From NCBI GenBank assembly GCA_034530615.2, contig JAVRCV020000052.1:64001-128000 (forward strand): DNA of 64,000 nt. The letters are read 5' to 3'. The translations under genes and the position numbers were made by a program. Under the pieces are notes generated by a model, which had not been told where the DNA came from, did not search any database, and saw only the letters and a list, made by a program, of their open reading frames with translations. Position 1 is the stretch's first letter. Every line of letters begins with the position of its first letter. Shown here in pieces: positions 19,936-30,717 of the stretch. This DNA comes from Aulosira sp. ZfuVER01. Its GTDB lineage: Bacteria; Cyanobacteriota; Cyanobacteriia; Cyanobacteriales; Nostocaceae.

Positions 19936-20601
19936 TTATCTTGAAGATGCTAACTTATCCGCAATGCGTGTAGTTTCTGGCAGCCGATATTTAGTTGTGC
20001 AACGCATTACGTAGTCAATTGCTGTCGGTAAACTAACTCGATGACCACTGGAGATATATAATGGCTTGACTCCTGTGCGCGTGCGTAAAACTGCGCCAAT
20101 TGTTTCTCCCTTATGTATTAGCGGTTGCCAGCTGCCTTTTGTTTCTGGTACTTCTTCATACTTACCAATTAGTAAGGATTTTGCCACTCCGATGGTGGGT
20201 AGATCTATAAGCAACCCTAAATGGCTAGCTATGCCAAGTCTTCGGGGATGGGCGATTCCTTGACCATCACACAGAATCAGGTTTGGCATGATTTTCACTT
20301 TTTCTAGCGCATCAAGTACAGCTGGGATTTCCCGAAATGACAGGAAGCCGGGAATATAAGGAAATGTCGTAGGACGGCGCGCTAGGGTAGTCTCAACGAC
20401 TTGCAAGTCAGGAAAACTCAGCACGGCGACGGCTGCACGACTAATCGTACCATCAACTTCAAAGCCCATATCTACCCCTGCAACGTATTGGACAGGTTCT
20501 GGGAATCGATCTTCTGTAATTATCCGATCGCGCAATTTTTCTTGGATGGCGATCGCTTCTTCTAAGTTATGCGGCCATGTATGTTCTTGATAAATCTTCA
20601 T
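19936..20601 (-). CDS. nfi: Endonuclease V
   Basis: AGVD, FPYIPGFLSFRE, DGQGIAHPRRLGIASH, RLPETTRIAD. Confidence 0.96.
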   Translation of the reverse strand: MKIYQEHTWPHNLEEAIAIQEKLRDRIITEDRFPEPVQYVAGVDMGFEVDGTISRAAVAVLSFPDLQVVETTLARRPTTFPYIPGFLSFREIPAVLDALEKVKIMPNLILCDGQGIAHPRRLGIASHLGLLIDLPTIGVAKSLLIGKYEEVPETKGSWQPLIHKGETIGAVLRTRTGVKPLYISSGHRVSLPTAIDYVMRCTTKYRLPETTRIADKLASSR

Positions 20602-20826
20602 ATTTAGGCTTGAACTTAATAAAATTCAAAGGTTTTAATGCCCGAAATCTCTATTAGCAATAGTGTATATATTGTTGCCAGGAATTTATTTTTTTGTAAT
20701 CTTTTGCTAAAGTTAGAGCGCTACAATTTTGGTTGATTACTTTGTCCTGGTAGCACATAAAATATTGCAAGATTGATGGTAGTTTATTTTTGCACAAACT
20801 CTTCGATCCCAATCGCAATACAAGCT

Positions 20827-21465
20827 ATGACACTCAATTTATATTTACTGCGACATGGAGAAACTACTTTTAGTCAAAGTGGTAATTTCTGCGGTGAAAC
20901 TGATGCAGAGTTGACCGCTGAAGGGATGCAGATGGCAGAGGGTTTTGCCGATGTTTATCAAAAATTGAAGTGGGAAGCGGTTTATGTTAGCCCGATGAAG
21001 CGCACAATTGCAACTGCCAAGCCATTTTGTGATGCTATCGGTATGGATATGCAGTTGCGTGACGGACTCCGAGAAGGTAGTTATGGCGAATGGGAAACTA
21101 AGAGTAAATCGTTTGCTCAAGAGAATTACCCCCAAAACTATGTAAAATGGATGACAGAACCTGCTTGGAATGCACCACTAGGTGGAGAGACTGCGGTAGA
21201 TATTGCTAACCGTTCCATGCCTGTAATTGCTGAAATTCAAGAAAAACATCCCCAAGGTAATGTTTTAGTAGTTTCCCATAAAGCCACAATTCGGATTATG
21301 CTTTGCAGTCTACTGGGAATTGATTTGGGACGCTATCGCTATCGGGTGAATATTTTGGTCGCGTCGGTAAGTATGGTTAAATTTGACGTTAATGGCCCTT
21401 TGTTAGAAATATTAGGCGATCGCCATCATATACCCGATCTTATTCGCTCTCGCCCGGGGACATAA
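20827..21465 (+). CDS. Histidine phosphatase family protein
   Basis: LLRHGET and VVSH motifs; ATG 20827 preferred. Confidence 0.92.
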   Translation: MTLNLYLLRHGETTFSQSGNFCGETDAELTAEGMQMAEGFADVYQKLKWEAVYVSPMKRTIATAKPFCDAIGMDMQLRDGLREGSYGEWETKSKSFAQENYPQNYVKWMTEPAWNAPLGGETAVDIANRSMPVIAEIQEKHPQGNVLVVSHKATIRIMLCSLLGIDLGRYRYRVNILVASVSMVKFDVNGPLLEILGDRHHIPDLIRSRPGT

Positions 21466-21681
21466 TAGTTGCTACTAATAGGCTTTCAAGACACTGTTGA
21501 CAGAATATCTGCGTTCGCTGCAACAAAATCTAGGCAGGAAATCTGAGGACTAGATAAAGCTCAGAGCGATCGCAAAAGTTTTCGGTCTAATGATAGGGGA
21601 AATAGGAAAAATTAGTGTTTGATGTTGCTAAATATCAGCAGTGGATGGTTGTTATGTAAACCATACATCCATTAACTTAGC

Positions 21682-22749
21682 TCATTTTAGAGATACATAA
21701 TTCGGTAATAAAGTATCTAACAAAGCATCAATACTATTATCATAGAGATCTGAAATATGTAAAACTCTTTCAGCTTTGTTAAAATAGCTCTTAATTGAGT
21801 GTTTATAGATGGGGTCGTAATAGGAATACAATAAATCCTGTACTAATGTTTCCCAATTACTAGCATCAATCAACTGATACCATTGACTTAATTTCTCCCA
21901 ACCGCAGCGATATTTAAGTTTCTCCAGTTTCTGTTTTAAAATATCAGGATGAGTTACTAGGTGATTATATTCTTGTAAGAGGAACTTAACTCTAGCCGCT
22001 GTTGGTAGTTGAATTTCTACACAATTAGCTTGCCTCATTTCATTCCAGAGAGACTGAGGCAAATAGACTTTCCCAATTTTGTTACTTTCTGATTCTATCC
22101 ATACTGGTTGATGCGGATCGAAACTTTGCAGCTTTTGTAATAGTAGAGTTTCAAAGTATTTTTGTGAGGGTTGATAGGCAAGTTTTCCTTGCAATTCTCC
22201 CCCCAACAGAGAACCGCGATGATTCGCTAAACTTTCCAAGTCTAAAACTTGAGCGTCACGCTGACCCATCTTATCTAAGATGTAAGTCTTACCACTACCA
22301 CTTAGACCGCACAATATCTGATAAGTAAATTTTGCGGGCAGATGTTCTAGTTGTTGGCGTACATAAGCACGATAAGTTTTGTATCCGCCATCAATAACAG
22401 TAACGCGCCAACCAATCTGTGTTAGCACCAAAGCCATGCTACCTGAACGCTGCCCACCCCGCCAGCAATAAATTAAAGGACGGTAGTCTTTATCTTTCGC
22501 TGCAAAATGTTGACTGAGATGCTGATAGATATTTCTAGATACTAAAGCAGCGCCAATTTTTTTGGCAGTGAAAGGGCAAACTTGTTTGTAAATTGTTCCT
22601 ACTTCAGCGCGTTCGGCATCATTCAAGACTGGTAAATTAATTGCACCAGGAATGTGGTCTTCTAAAAATTCGCTAGGTGAACGAACATCAATGATTTCAC
22701 TATAATTTTCAGTCCAGGGCTGCCGAGTATATTTAACTAAGGGTGACAT
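21682..22749 (-). CDS. mnmH: tRNA 2-selenouridine synthase
   Basis: Rhodanese IDVRSPSEF and YCWRGGQRS, P-loop GLSGSGKT, ANHRGS, ESESNKIG. Confidence 0.93.
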   Translation of the reverse strand: MSPLVKYTRQPWTENYSEIIDVRSPSEFLEDHIPGAINLPVLNDAERAEVGTIYKQVCPFTAKKIGAALVSRNIYQHLSQHFAAKDKDYRPLIYCWRGGQRSGSMALVLTQIGWRVTVIDGGYKTYRAYVRQQLEHLPAKFTYQILCGLSGSGKTYILDKMGQRDAQVLDLESLANHRGSLLGGELQGKLAYQPSQKYFETLLLQKLQSFDPHQPVWIESESNKIGKVYLPQSLWNEMRQANCVEIQLPTAARVKFLLQEYNHLVTHPDILKQKLEKLKYRCGWEKLSQWYQLIDASNWETLVQDLLYSYYDPIYKHSIKSYFNKAERVLHISDLYDNSIDALLDTLLPNYVSLK

Positions 22750-23498
22750 AACATTAAAATTCTCACTTGCTTAATTTTGACACTTCCATAACTTGAGTAG
22801 CGAAATTTTATAATTAGGTGAATTTAAATTAATCTATGTAAACTGTCAAAAGATTTGCATTTTTCCTTTGCTTTGACGGTCTGGGTATGAGGCTTGAAGA
22901 TTTTGGATTTGTTTCACGCCACTTGCGGATGAGGAATTCACCAAAAAAATCTAAAATTGCCAGTCAAGAAAATACTGGAAAGTCTAAGGAGTTTGGTTAT
23001 CTACAGGCGCTCCCAGAACCAGGACAACTATAGCACTCCTATTGGAACTGTGAAATTACTTGAGGAATTCGGTAATAGGCAGAGATTTTTTCATGATTGT
23101 TATATCAGAGTAAAAATCAGCAGTCATATTGATTGATAAGCTGAATACAATTATCAAAAATCAAACAAAAATCAGTATTTGAAGCTGGATTTTCATGGCG
23201 CTTGGTGGAGTATAAGTTGCGATCGCCTATCAAAATTGTTCAAACAGCTTGCGTAATCTTCGTCATTGTATCGGTATTCGGGCCATCGCCGTAACAGGGG
23301 TGAGACCAACTTTTGGCGATCGCAATTTTTCTTCCTAATCTTGAGAATTCCTTTAACTGTCTCATTCATGACAGAATCCGACTTAGCCATAGCAAAATTG
23401 CAATTTTGAAATCAAGGCGGTTTTTAGTGGTACAAAATGGAAGAATGAAATGGTAAATGACTCAGCAATGGCCTCTCAACAGAGTTGATGGTGCTGCC

Positions 23499-25979
23499 GT
23501 GATCGGAATTGTTATTGTTTCTCACAGTAAACAACTAGCGCTTGGCGTACAGGAACTTGCAGCGCAAATGGTTCAGGGTAAAGTCTCCTTGGCTATTGCA
23601 GCAGGGATTGAAGATCCTGAAAATCCACTGGGTACAGATCCAATACAGGTTTATGAGGCGATCGCTTCTATCTTTAATGATGATGGTGTCCTGGTGTTAA
23701 TGGATCTGGGTAGTGCTGTAATGAGTGCAGAAATGGCCTTAGAGTTCCTTTCGCCAGAACATAGGGAAAAAGTACATTTATGTGAAGCACCTTTAGTTGA
23801 AGGTGCGATCGCTGCTGTTGTTGCCGCCGCCGCAGGTCATAATATTCAGCAAGTTATGGCGGAAGCACGGTCGGCATTAGTTGCAAAAGCTACTTTATTA
23901 GGAATGGACAGCAGTCCATCATTAGTTATTCCCGCAACTCATCCTGAATTATCAACTAAAGAAATTCGGCTCACTGTCAGCAATCGCTTGGGTTTACACG
24001 CCCGTCCTGCGGCTCAATTTGTTACCACCGCCGCTAAATTTCAATCCCAAATACTAGTACAAAATATTACTAAAGGTACAAATCTAGTCCGAGGTGACAG
24101 TATTAACCAAGTTGCAACTTTAGGGGTACGCCAAGGACATGAGTTAATCATTACTGCTACTGGTGCTGATGCCGATCAAGCGTTGGCTGCGTTGGAAGCC
24201 TTAATTGCCAATAACTTTGGCGAAGATGAGTCTAGTTTGGAATTACCACCAGCCATCGAGAAGCTTACCCCAGCTACTCCCGGCGAACTTTCAGGAATTC
24301 CCGCTTCCCCAGGAGTAGCGATCGCACCTGTGGTTCATTATCAACCTGCTGCTGTTACGCCTACACAATACCACGTAGATAATGTTAATGCTGAGTGGCA
24401 ACGGTTACAAACAGCGATTGACACTGCTAAACAGCAAATTCAAGCATTATTTTCTCAAGCCTCGATTCAAATTGGTGATACAGAAGCCGCAATTTTTGTT
24501 GCCCATCTACTATTTTTAGAAGATCCTGTTCTACTAGAAGCAGTTCGCCAGCGAATTTACGAACAGCATCTCAATGCAGAAGTCGCTTGGCAAGCGGTTG
24601 TAGATGAGGTAGCGTCTAGTTACCACAAACTAGAAGATGCTTACTTGCAAGAACGAGTAGAAGATGTTATTGATGTCGGACAACGGGTGCTGCGCTTGCT
24701 AACGGGGACATCAGCAAATTTCTTGGAACTAGCGGAACCAGCTATTTTAGTGGCGACTGATTTAACTCCCTCGGACACCATTAGCTTAGATCCTAGCAAA
24801 GTGTTAGGTATTTGTACAACCTCTGGTAGTGCCACATCTCACAGTGCAATTATTGCCCGCACATTAGGGATTCCCGCCGTTTTGGGTGTAGATGCGGGGA
24901 TATTGTATCTCGAAGATGGAACGATAATGGCACTCGATGGAGAGAGTGGAAAAGCTTGGGTTGAACCAGAAGCAGATATTTTGAGTGTCTTAGAAGCAAA
25001 GCGAGAAGCTTGGTACATTACTCAACAGGAAGCACTAGCCAAAGCACATCAACCAGCAATCACCCGTGATGGTAGGCAAGTAAATGTGTTTGCCAATATC
25101 GGTAGCATAGCTGATGTTCAATTGGCTTTAGCTAGTGGAGCAGAAGGAGTAGGACTACTGCGTACAGAGTTCCTTTATTTAGGTAAGACAAGTGCTCCGA
25201 CGGAAGAGGAGCAATTAGCAGTATACCAGGCGATCGCACAAGTTTTAGATCGACAGCCATTAATTATCCGTACTTTAGATGTTGGTGGCGACAAACCACT
25301 ACCTTACATTAAGCCAGGAGTTCCAGAAACTAACCCTTTCCTTGGCTGTCGCGGAATTCGCTTTTGTTTGGAACATTCAGATTTATTTAAAACGCAGTTG
25401 CGGGCAATTTTGCGAGCCAGCAACGGACACAATATCAAGATTATGTTGCCGATGATTGCTACTGTGACTGAGGTACGGGCAGCTAAAGCAATTTTAAATG
25501 AAGTGCAACGGGAACTTAAGCAAGCTGGTATCTGTTTTGATGACAAGATAGAAGTCGGGATTATGGTAGAAGTACCCTCAGCCGTAGCGATCGCAGATCA
25601 ATTAGCAGCTGAAGTAGACTTTTTTAGTATTGGCACAAATGACCTTAGCCAGTATGTCATGGCAGGCGATCGCAACAACCCCAGAGTCGCCAATTTAGCT
25701 GATGCTATGCATCCGGCGGTGTTGCGGATGGTACAACAAACAGTTCAAGCCGGTCATGGGGCGGGAATTTGGGTAGGATTATGTGGTGAACTTGCAGCAG
25801 ATCCCGCCGCCACTACGATTTTATTAGGTTTAGGATTAGATGAATTGAGCGTCAATCCTCAAGCAATACCGATATTGAAACAAGCGATCGCCCAATTAAG
25901 TATAGTTGAGTGTGAGGCGATCGCTGCCTCTGCATTACAACTTGATTCTGCTGAACAAGTAAGGCTAATCAGTAATTGA
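23499..25979 (+). CDS. ptsP: Multidomain PTS protein EIIA(DhaM)-HPr-EI
   Basis: GTG start IGIVIVSHS (EIIA), GLHARPAA (HPr), TSHSAIIAR, GLLRTEF, SIGTNDL, GLCGE (EI); ORF open from 23457. Confidence 0.92.
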   Translation: MIGIVIVSHSKQLALGVQELAAQMVQGKVSLAIAAGIEDPENPLGTDPIQVYEAIASIFNDDGVLVLMDLGSAVMSAEMALEFLSPEHREKVHLCEAPLVEGAIAAVVAAAAGHNIQQVMAEARSALVAKATLLGMDSSPSLVIPATHPELSTKEIRLTVSNRLGLHARPAAQFVTTAAKFQSQILVQNITKGTNLVRGDSINQVATLGVRQGHELIITATGADADQALAALEALIANNFGEDESSLELPPAIEKLTPATPGELSGIPASPGVAIAPVVHYQPAAVTPTQYHVDNVNAEWQRLQTAIDTAKQQIQALFSQASIQIGDTEAAIFVAHLLFLEDPVLLEAVRQRIYEQHLNAEVAWQAVVDEVASSYHKLEDAYLQERVEDVIDVGQRVLRLLTGTSANFLELAEPAILVATDLTPSDTISLDPSKVLGICTTSGSATSHSAIIARTLGIPAVLGVDAGILYLEDGTIMALDGESGKAWVEPEADILSVLEAKREAWYITQQEALAKAHQPAITRDGRQVNVFANIGSIADVQLALASGAEGVGLLRTEFLYLGKTSAPTEEEQLAVYQAIAQVLDRQPLIIRTLDVGGDKPLPYIKPGVPETNPFLGCRGIRFCLEHSDLFKTQLRAILRASNGHNIKIMLPMIATVTEVRAAKAILNEVQRELKQAGICFDDKIEVGIMVEVPSAVAIADQLAAEVDFFSIGTNDLSQYVMAGDRNNPRVANLADAMHPAVLRMVQQTVQAGHGAGIWVGLCGELAADPAATTILLGLGLDELSVNPQAIPILKQAIAQLSIVECEAIAASALQLDSAEQVRLISN

Positions 25980-25980
25980 G

Positions 25981-26754
25981 ATGAAATATTTGCGTGAAAT
26001 TCTAGCTGTCACTCAGCGCATTTTAATTGAGCTATGGCGCCGCAGACGTAGCTTAATTTTCTGGGGTATTTTTCCTATTTCAGTATTAATTCTCAGTGGA
26101 TTTATCTTAGCAGAAAGGGCAAAATTACCACTTTCATCTGCTTTTGAATATGCTGCTCCCTCAAGTTTAGTAGGTGCGGCAATGTTTTTTAGTTGTTTGG
26201 GTGGAAGTGTCGCCACTGTAGTTGCAGAAAGAGAACAGCAAACCCTCAAACGCCTTTTTCTGTCTCCCTTAAGTGGCACTTCTTATTTTTTGGGAATATT
26301 TCTAGCTCATAGTTGCATTGGTTTGGGGCAGACCTTATTAATTTATACTATTGCAGCTTTTTGGGGTGCTACTTTTAAAGGATCGATTTTGTTAGGTTTG
26401 ATAATTATTTTCATGACTATCATTGCTTATGTGGGTTTAGGTTTTATTTTAGGAACACAATTAGCTCGTCGGATTGAAGATGTCAACGCACTAGTAGCAG
26501 CTTTTGGCGTACCTTTATTAATTCTAGGTGGAGCGTTTTTACCTGCTGCACTTTTTCCGCCAACCTTAATTAATCTCGCCAAATTCAATCCGATTTATCA
26601 CATGAATGAATCTCTCGTAGCCGTTTCAGCCAAGGGTGAAGGCATGGGTGAGATTTCATCACACTTTTGGTTTTTATTTGTTTTTGCTATAGCAATGTTT
26701 GTTTTTGGATGGCTCTCTTATAAGCGAATGTTAATCGTCGAGAGAAGATTATAA
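25981..26754 (+). CDS. ABC-2 type permease
   Basis: Six TM segments; EREQQTLKRL and NPIYH motifs. Confidence 0.9.
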   Translation: MKYLREILAVTQRILIELWRRRRSLIFWGIFPISVLILSGFILAERAKLPLSSAFEYAAPSSLVGAAMFFSCLGGSVATVVAEREQQTLKRLFLSPLSGTSYFLGIFLAHSCIGLGQTLLIYTIAAFWGATFKGSILLGLIIIFMTIIAYVGLGFILGTQLARRIEDVNALVAAFGVPLLILGGAFLPAALFPPTLINLAKFNPIYHMNESLVAVSAKGEGMGEISSHFWFLFVFAIAMFVFGWLSYKRMLIVERRL

Positions 26755-26755
26755 T

Positions 26756-26950
26756 CAGGCAGGAGGTAGGCGGGAAACCCTATAAATAAATTTTAGGAGT
26801 TTGAAATAAGACCACTTTTTTTCTTGCACTTTGTCCTCAAAAAAATTATTTTAATTTTTAATATGTAAGCTGGTAATTTTAAACCCTGTAGCAGAGAGAA
26901 CTATATCTATTTTCTTACTTCTGCCCTCTGCCCTCTGCCCTCTGCCTTTT
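26756..26950. repeat. Intergenic repeat/MITE-like element ending in (CTGCCCT)n
   Basis: Begins AGGCAGGAGG and ends with CTGCCCT x3 + CTGCCTT; the ends are complementary. Confidence 0.5.
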
Positions 26951-26961
26951 CTGATAAAAAT

Positions 26962-27855
26962 ATGCTAACAATTAAAAACTTAAATAAATCCTATGGTAAA
27001 AGACAAGTTCTCCAAAATTTGAATTTGCATATCGATTTTGGAGAAATTTACGGCTTAATTGGCGCAAATGGGTCCGGTAAGACAACTACAATTAATATTA
27101 TTTGTAATTTGCTCAATGCTGATAGTGGTGATATTAAAATCAATCATCAACCAGTTTCACAATCCACGAAAAAACTAATTGGTGTCGCACCTCAAGAAAA
27201 TATACTTTATAAAACTCTCTCTTGTGAAGAGAACCTGAAATTTTTTGCGGATATTTATGGATTAGATCGGAGAGAACGCCAAAGAGTCATTACAGAAACT
27301 TTAGTAGCAGTAAACTTAATAGATAGGGCAAAACATCCAGTAGAGACTCTCAGTGGTGGGATGCAAAGGCGGTTAAATATTGCCGTAGCTTTAGTACATC
27401 AGCCACAGCTAGTAATTCTTGATGAACCGACGACTGGGTTAGATATTGAGGCGAGATACGAAATTTGGGAGTTGATTCGTCAACTAAAAAATCAAGGAAT
27501 TACAGTTTTACTCACAACTCATTTATTAGAGGAAGCCGAACGCCTTTGTCAGAGAATTGGGATTCTCAAAAATGGTCATATATTGGCTGAGGGTAGTTTA
27601 GCTCAATTACGCACATTGATTCCAGCCCAAGAAGTTATCCTAGTGCAAACTGAGTTTGAAGAGCAAGCGATCGCTAGAGCTAACGAATATAATTTTACTC
27701 ATAGGCGTTATGGCAGCGATTTAGCTTTTTGGTTGCCAGAGCCTTTGGAATTAAAAGAAATTATTGCACGGTTTGAGGGCATAGCGATTAATTCAATTGC
27801 CCGCCAGCCTGTACGTTTAGAGCATATTTACGTGGAACTAATGCAACAGCATTAG
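26962..27855 (+). CDS. ABC transporter ATP-binding protein (ABC-2/DrrA-like)
   Basis: GANGSGKT, LSGGM, ILDEPTTGLD, TTH. Confidence 0.95.
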   Translation: MLTIKNLNKSYGKRQVLQNLNLHIDFGEIYGLIGANGSGKTTTINIICNLLNADSGDIKINHQPVSQSTKKLIGVAPQENILYKTLSCEENLKFFADIYGLDRRERQRVITETLVAVNLIDRAKHPVETLSGGMQRRLNIAVALVHQPQLVILDEPTTGLDIEARYEIWELIRQLKNQGITVLLTTHLLEEAERLCQRIGILKNGHILAEGSLAQLRTLIPAQEVILVQTEFEEQAIARANEYNFTHRRYGSDLAFWLPEPLELKEIIARFEGIAINSIARQPVRLEHIYVELMQQH

Positions 27856-28554
27856 CAATATCTGAATAATTCCAGAAAATCGGGATAATTTGGAGAATTT
27901 ATCTTTTTTATTGCCATCATACTCCATTATATCTTCAAGCTACTCTACGTTAATATGCGTTTAAGCACAGACTAGCGATCGCATCTTTAATTGTGCTAGA
28001 AACAATTATTTTTCACATTGCCAATTGCTGAATTCTGAAAATTGAGCTAGCTTTAGAGCCTCTCCGCAACTCATGCTTGAGCTTGCTGTTGTTAGCTTGT
28101 CAATCTGTAATCGACTGAATAAAATTTTGGATATTTTTTTTATAAAGGTTGCATAAAGATGACAAATTGTGTACCATCGTCTAAGTCAATTTGTCCGGAC
28201 AAAAAAAATAAGAGTTAAGTTACAGATGTAACTTGTATCTCAGTAAATTTGTCATGGCGGGAAAAGTTTGGGTGAAGTTATAAAGTGTGCATTGACCAAA
28301 TTGTGTTGATTTAATCAAGTCAACATGAGGATAAATTGTTGCATCTGTATTTCAGGGTAAATTGTCGATGTTAGCAAATTTTATGTAAATTTCGGCTGAT
28401 ATTTGCAATTATTCCTCAGTTCAAAATTGAGCTGAAAAAAATTATTACCGCAGGGTGCTCTGAATCCCATCATCTCGACAGCTTGTGAATGACCACAAAA
28501 CGTCTGTCCAAAAAGTCGATCTGAAAACATTCTTCATTTAAGGGAATTCAAAGC

Positions 28555-30519
28555 ATGACTACTTTTAACGTAACTACAACTGCCGATAGCGGAGCAGGTT
28601 CTTTACGTAATGCGATCGCCTCTGCACAAGCAGGAGACACAATTAAATTTGGCTCTAACCTTGCCAATCAAGTCATTAAACTCACCAGTGGGCAAATCAA
28701 TATTACGAAGAATCTGATAATTGATGGTGCAGGAGCAGCAAATTTAAAAATTAGTGGTAACTATGCCGGACGAGTATTTCAGGTTGGCAGACATGTTGAT
28801 GCAACAGTCCGAAACCTCACCATTGCCGATGGTTATACTACTGACAGAGGTGGTGGTATTCAAGTTGTTGACTATGGCAGTATAACGGTAGAAAACTGTC
28901 GATTCAGCTACAACTACGGCGGTATGGGTGGAGCCATCCATATTGGCTTTAGTGGTAAAGGCACAGTAATCAACAGTAGCTTTGATAACAACGATGGTAC
29001 TTTAACAAAGTCTGGCTTTAGTAGTGGAGCGATCGCCACCTATGGTTCTGGCGATCTGACCGTCAAAAATAGCCAATTCACCAATAATAAGGGTGTGAAT
29101 GGTGGTGCAATATATAGCCTACTCGGTGGCTTGACTGTAGAGAACTCAGTCTTTCGCAATAATAGTTCCAGCGGTCAAAGTTTTGGTGGTGGTGGTGGTG
29201 CAATCTTTACTGATGGAGCTAACCCAGTAGGGCCTGGTTCCACTGTTGGAGGTGTAATTGCCATCCGTGGCAGTAAATTTGAAGGCAATAAAACCAAGGG
29301 AGAAGGTGGCGCACTCTTTCTGTATGGTTACGAGGCAGACAAAATCCTTCTGGAAAATAGCACCGTAGTTGGTAACACAGCCAATTCTACCGATCAAGGT
29401 ATTGCCAGAGGCGGCGGCTTGCGAGGCAATAGCGCCCTCACAATTCGCAATGTCACTTTTGCTAACAACACCTCCGATAGACAAGGAGGTGCTTTGTGGA
29501 TAGATGGAGGCTCACCCAAGAATATCCTCAACAGTACCTTTTCCGGGAATAAGGCGCTCTATGATGCAGGCGGAGCAATGATGCTGAACACGGACAACTC
29601 CACGCCTGTGAATATTGTGAATTCTACTATCGTTAACAACTCTTCTGGAAAATTGGTTGGGGGAATTTGGATTGGCGATCCAGCAGCACCAGTAACCCTC
29701 AAGAATTCAATTGTCGCTAAAAATACATCAGCCGACCCAGCAAATATGCAAGTTGGGTATCAACTAAAAGATGGTGGTGGCAACATCGAATTTCCAGCTC
29801 CTTCACAAGGTCGTCGAGTTGTATCAGGTAGTCGGATTGTTGACCCTCTTCTTGGCTCCTTACAAACAATTGGTGGTTCTTTAGTACATCCCCTTCTAGC
29901 AAATAGCCCTGCTATCAATACTGGTAAGACAGGTAGTGGTATACCCACCATTGACGAACGAGGGATGCTGCGAGATAGCCAACCAGACGTTGGAGCCTTT
30001 GAGATATCCAGTCAGTTAAGTACAACAGGCATCAATACAAGTATGTCTGGGCCGAGTCTAATGCGTGGTACTAAAGGTTCCGATAACCTCCAAGGCGGTT
30101 CTGGTAGCAACATCATTCAAGGTGGTGATGGTAGCGACATCCTTAAAGGTAGCAGTAGTAACGATATCCTCCAAGGTGGTGAAGGTAACGATGTCCTGAC
30201 AGGTGGTCAGGGTAGCGATAATCTCAATGGTGGCGGTGGTAATGACCGATTTGTCTATCAAAACTTTTTAGACAAGGGTGATACTATCCAATATTTTGAA
30301 GCTGGAAAAGACCAGATTGACCTCAGCAAAATTATCGATGGTAGCAAGTTTATGAGCGCCAATCCTTTCAGAGATTATATAAAAACGGCGCAGGTTGGTT
30401 CTAATACCGTTGTGAGTATTAACCCAAATGGTGACACCAGCCCCTATCAATTCCAGAAATTTTTGACGCTGAATAACTTCACCAGTAGTAATCTAACTGC
30501 TAGAGATTTCGTTCTTTAG
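28555..30519 (+). CDS. Secreted beta-helix protein with RTX Ca-binding repeats and T1SS-type C-terminus
   Basis: DSGAGSLR start, GGAI/FxxN repeats, SPAIN..DVGAFE, GGxGxD nonapeptides, ends DFVL. Confidence 0.85.
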   Translation: MTTFNVTTTADSGAGSLRNAIASAQAGDTIKFGSNLANQVIKLTSGQINITKNLIIDGAGAANLKISGNYAGRVFQVGRHVDATVRNLTIADGYTTDRGGGIQVVDYGSITVENCRFSYNYGGMGGAIHIGFSGKGTVINSSFDNNDGTLTKSGFSSGAIATYGSGDLTVKNSQFTNNKGVNGGAIYSLLGGLTVENSVFRNNSSSGQSFGGGGGAIFTDGANPVGPGSTVGGVIAIRGSKFEGNKTKGEGGALFLYGYEADKILLENSTVVGNTANSTDQGIARGGGLRGNSALTIRNVTFANNTSDRQGGALWIDGGSPKNILNSTFSGNKALYDAGGAMMLNTDNSTPVNIVNSTIVNNSSGKLVGGIWIGDPAAPVTLKNSIVAKNTSADPANMQVGYQLKDGGGNIEFPAPSQGRRVVSGSRIVDPLLGSLQTIGGSLVHPLLANSPAINTGKTGSGIPTIDERGMLRDSQPDVGAFEISSQLSTTGINTSMSGPSLMRGTKGSDNLQGGSGSNIIQGGDGSDILKGSSSNDILQGGEGNDVLTGGQGSDNLNGGGGNDRFVYQNFLDKGDTIQYFEAGKDQIDLSKIIDGSKFMSANPFRDYIKTAQVGSNTVVSINPNGDTSPYQFQKFLTLNNFTSSNLTARDFVL

Positions 30520-30530
30520 TTGAACCAAAA

Positions 30531-30578
30531 GAAGTCCCAAGCCTCGCAAAGCAGCGGGAGCTTGGGGCAGAAGTCCAC
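30531..30578 (+). terminator. GC-rich hairpin (terminator-like or IS200/IS605-end-like) between convergent genes
   Basis: CCCAAGC-CTCGC...GCGGG-A-GCTTGGG stem. Confidence 0.45.
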
Positions 30579-30717
30579 GACGGCATAGCTTGTAGCGTTT
30601 GTGCCTTCAGGAGTACCGAGTACTGAGTGCTGAGTCCTAAGCAGGAATCTCACTGTTTACTCGGTACTCAGCACTGTTTCGGTCAGCCGGAGGGCTTGTC
30701 AAAGCATCGCTTGTTAT

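Noticed and set aside
23193..23390. 65-aa ORF upstream of ptsP
   Set aside because: No motifs or RBS recognised; probably spurious
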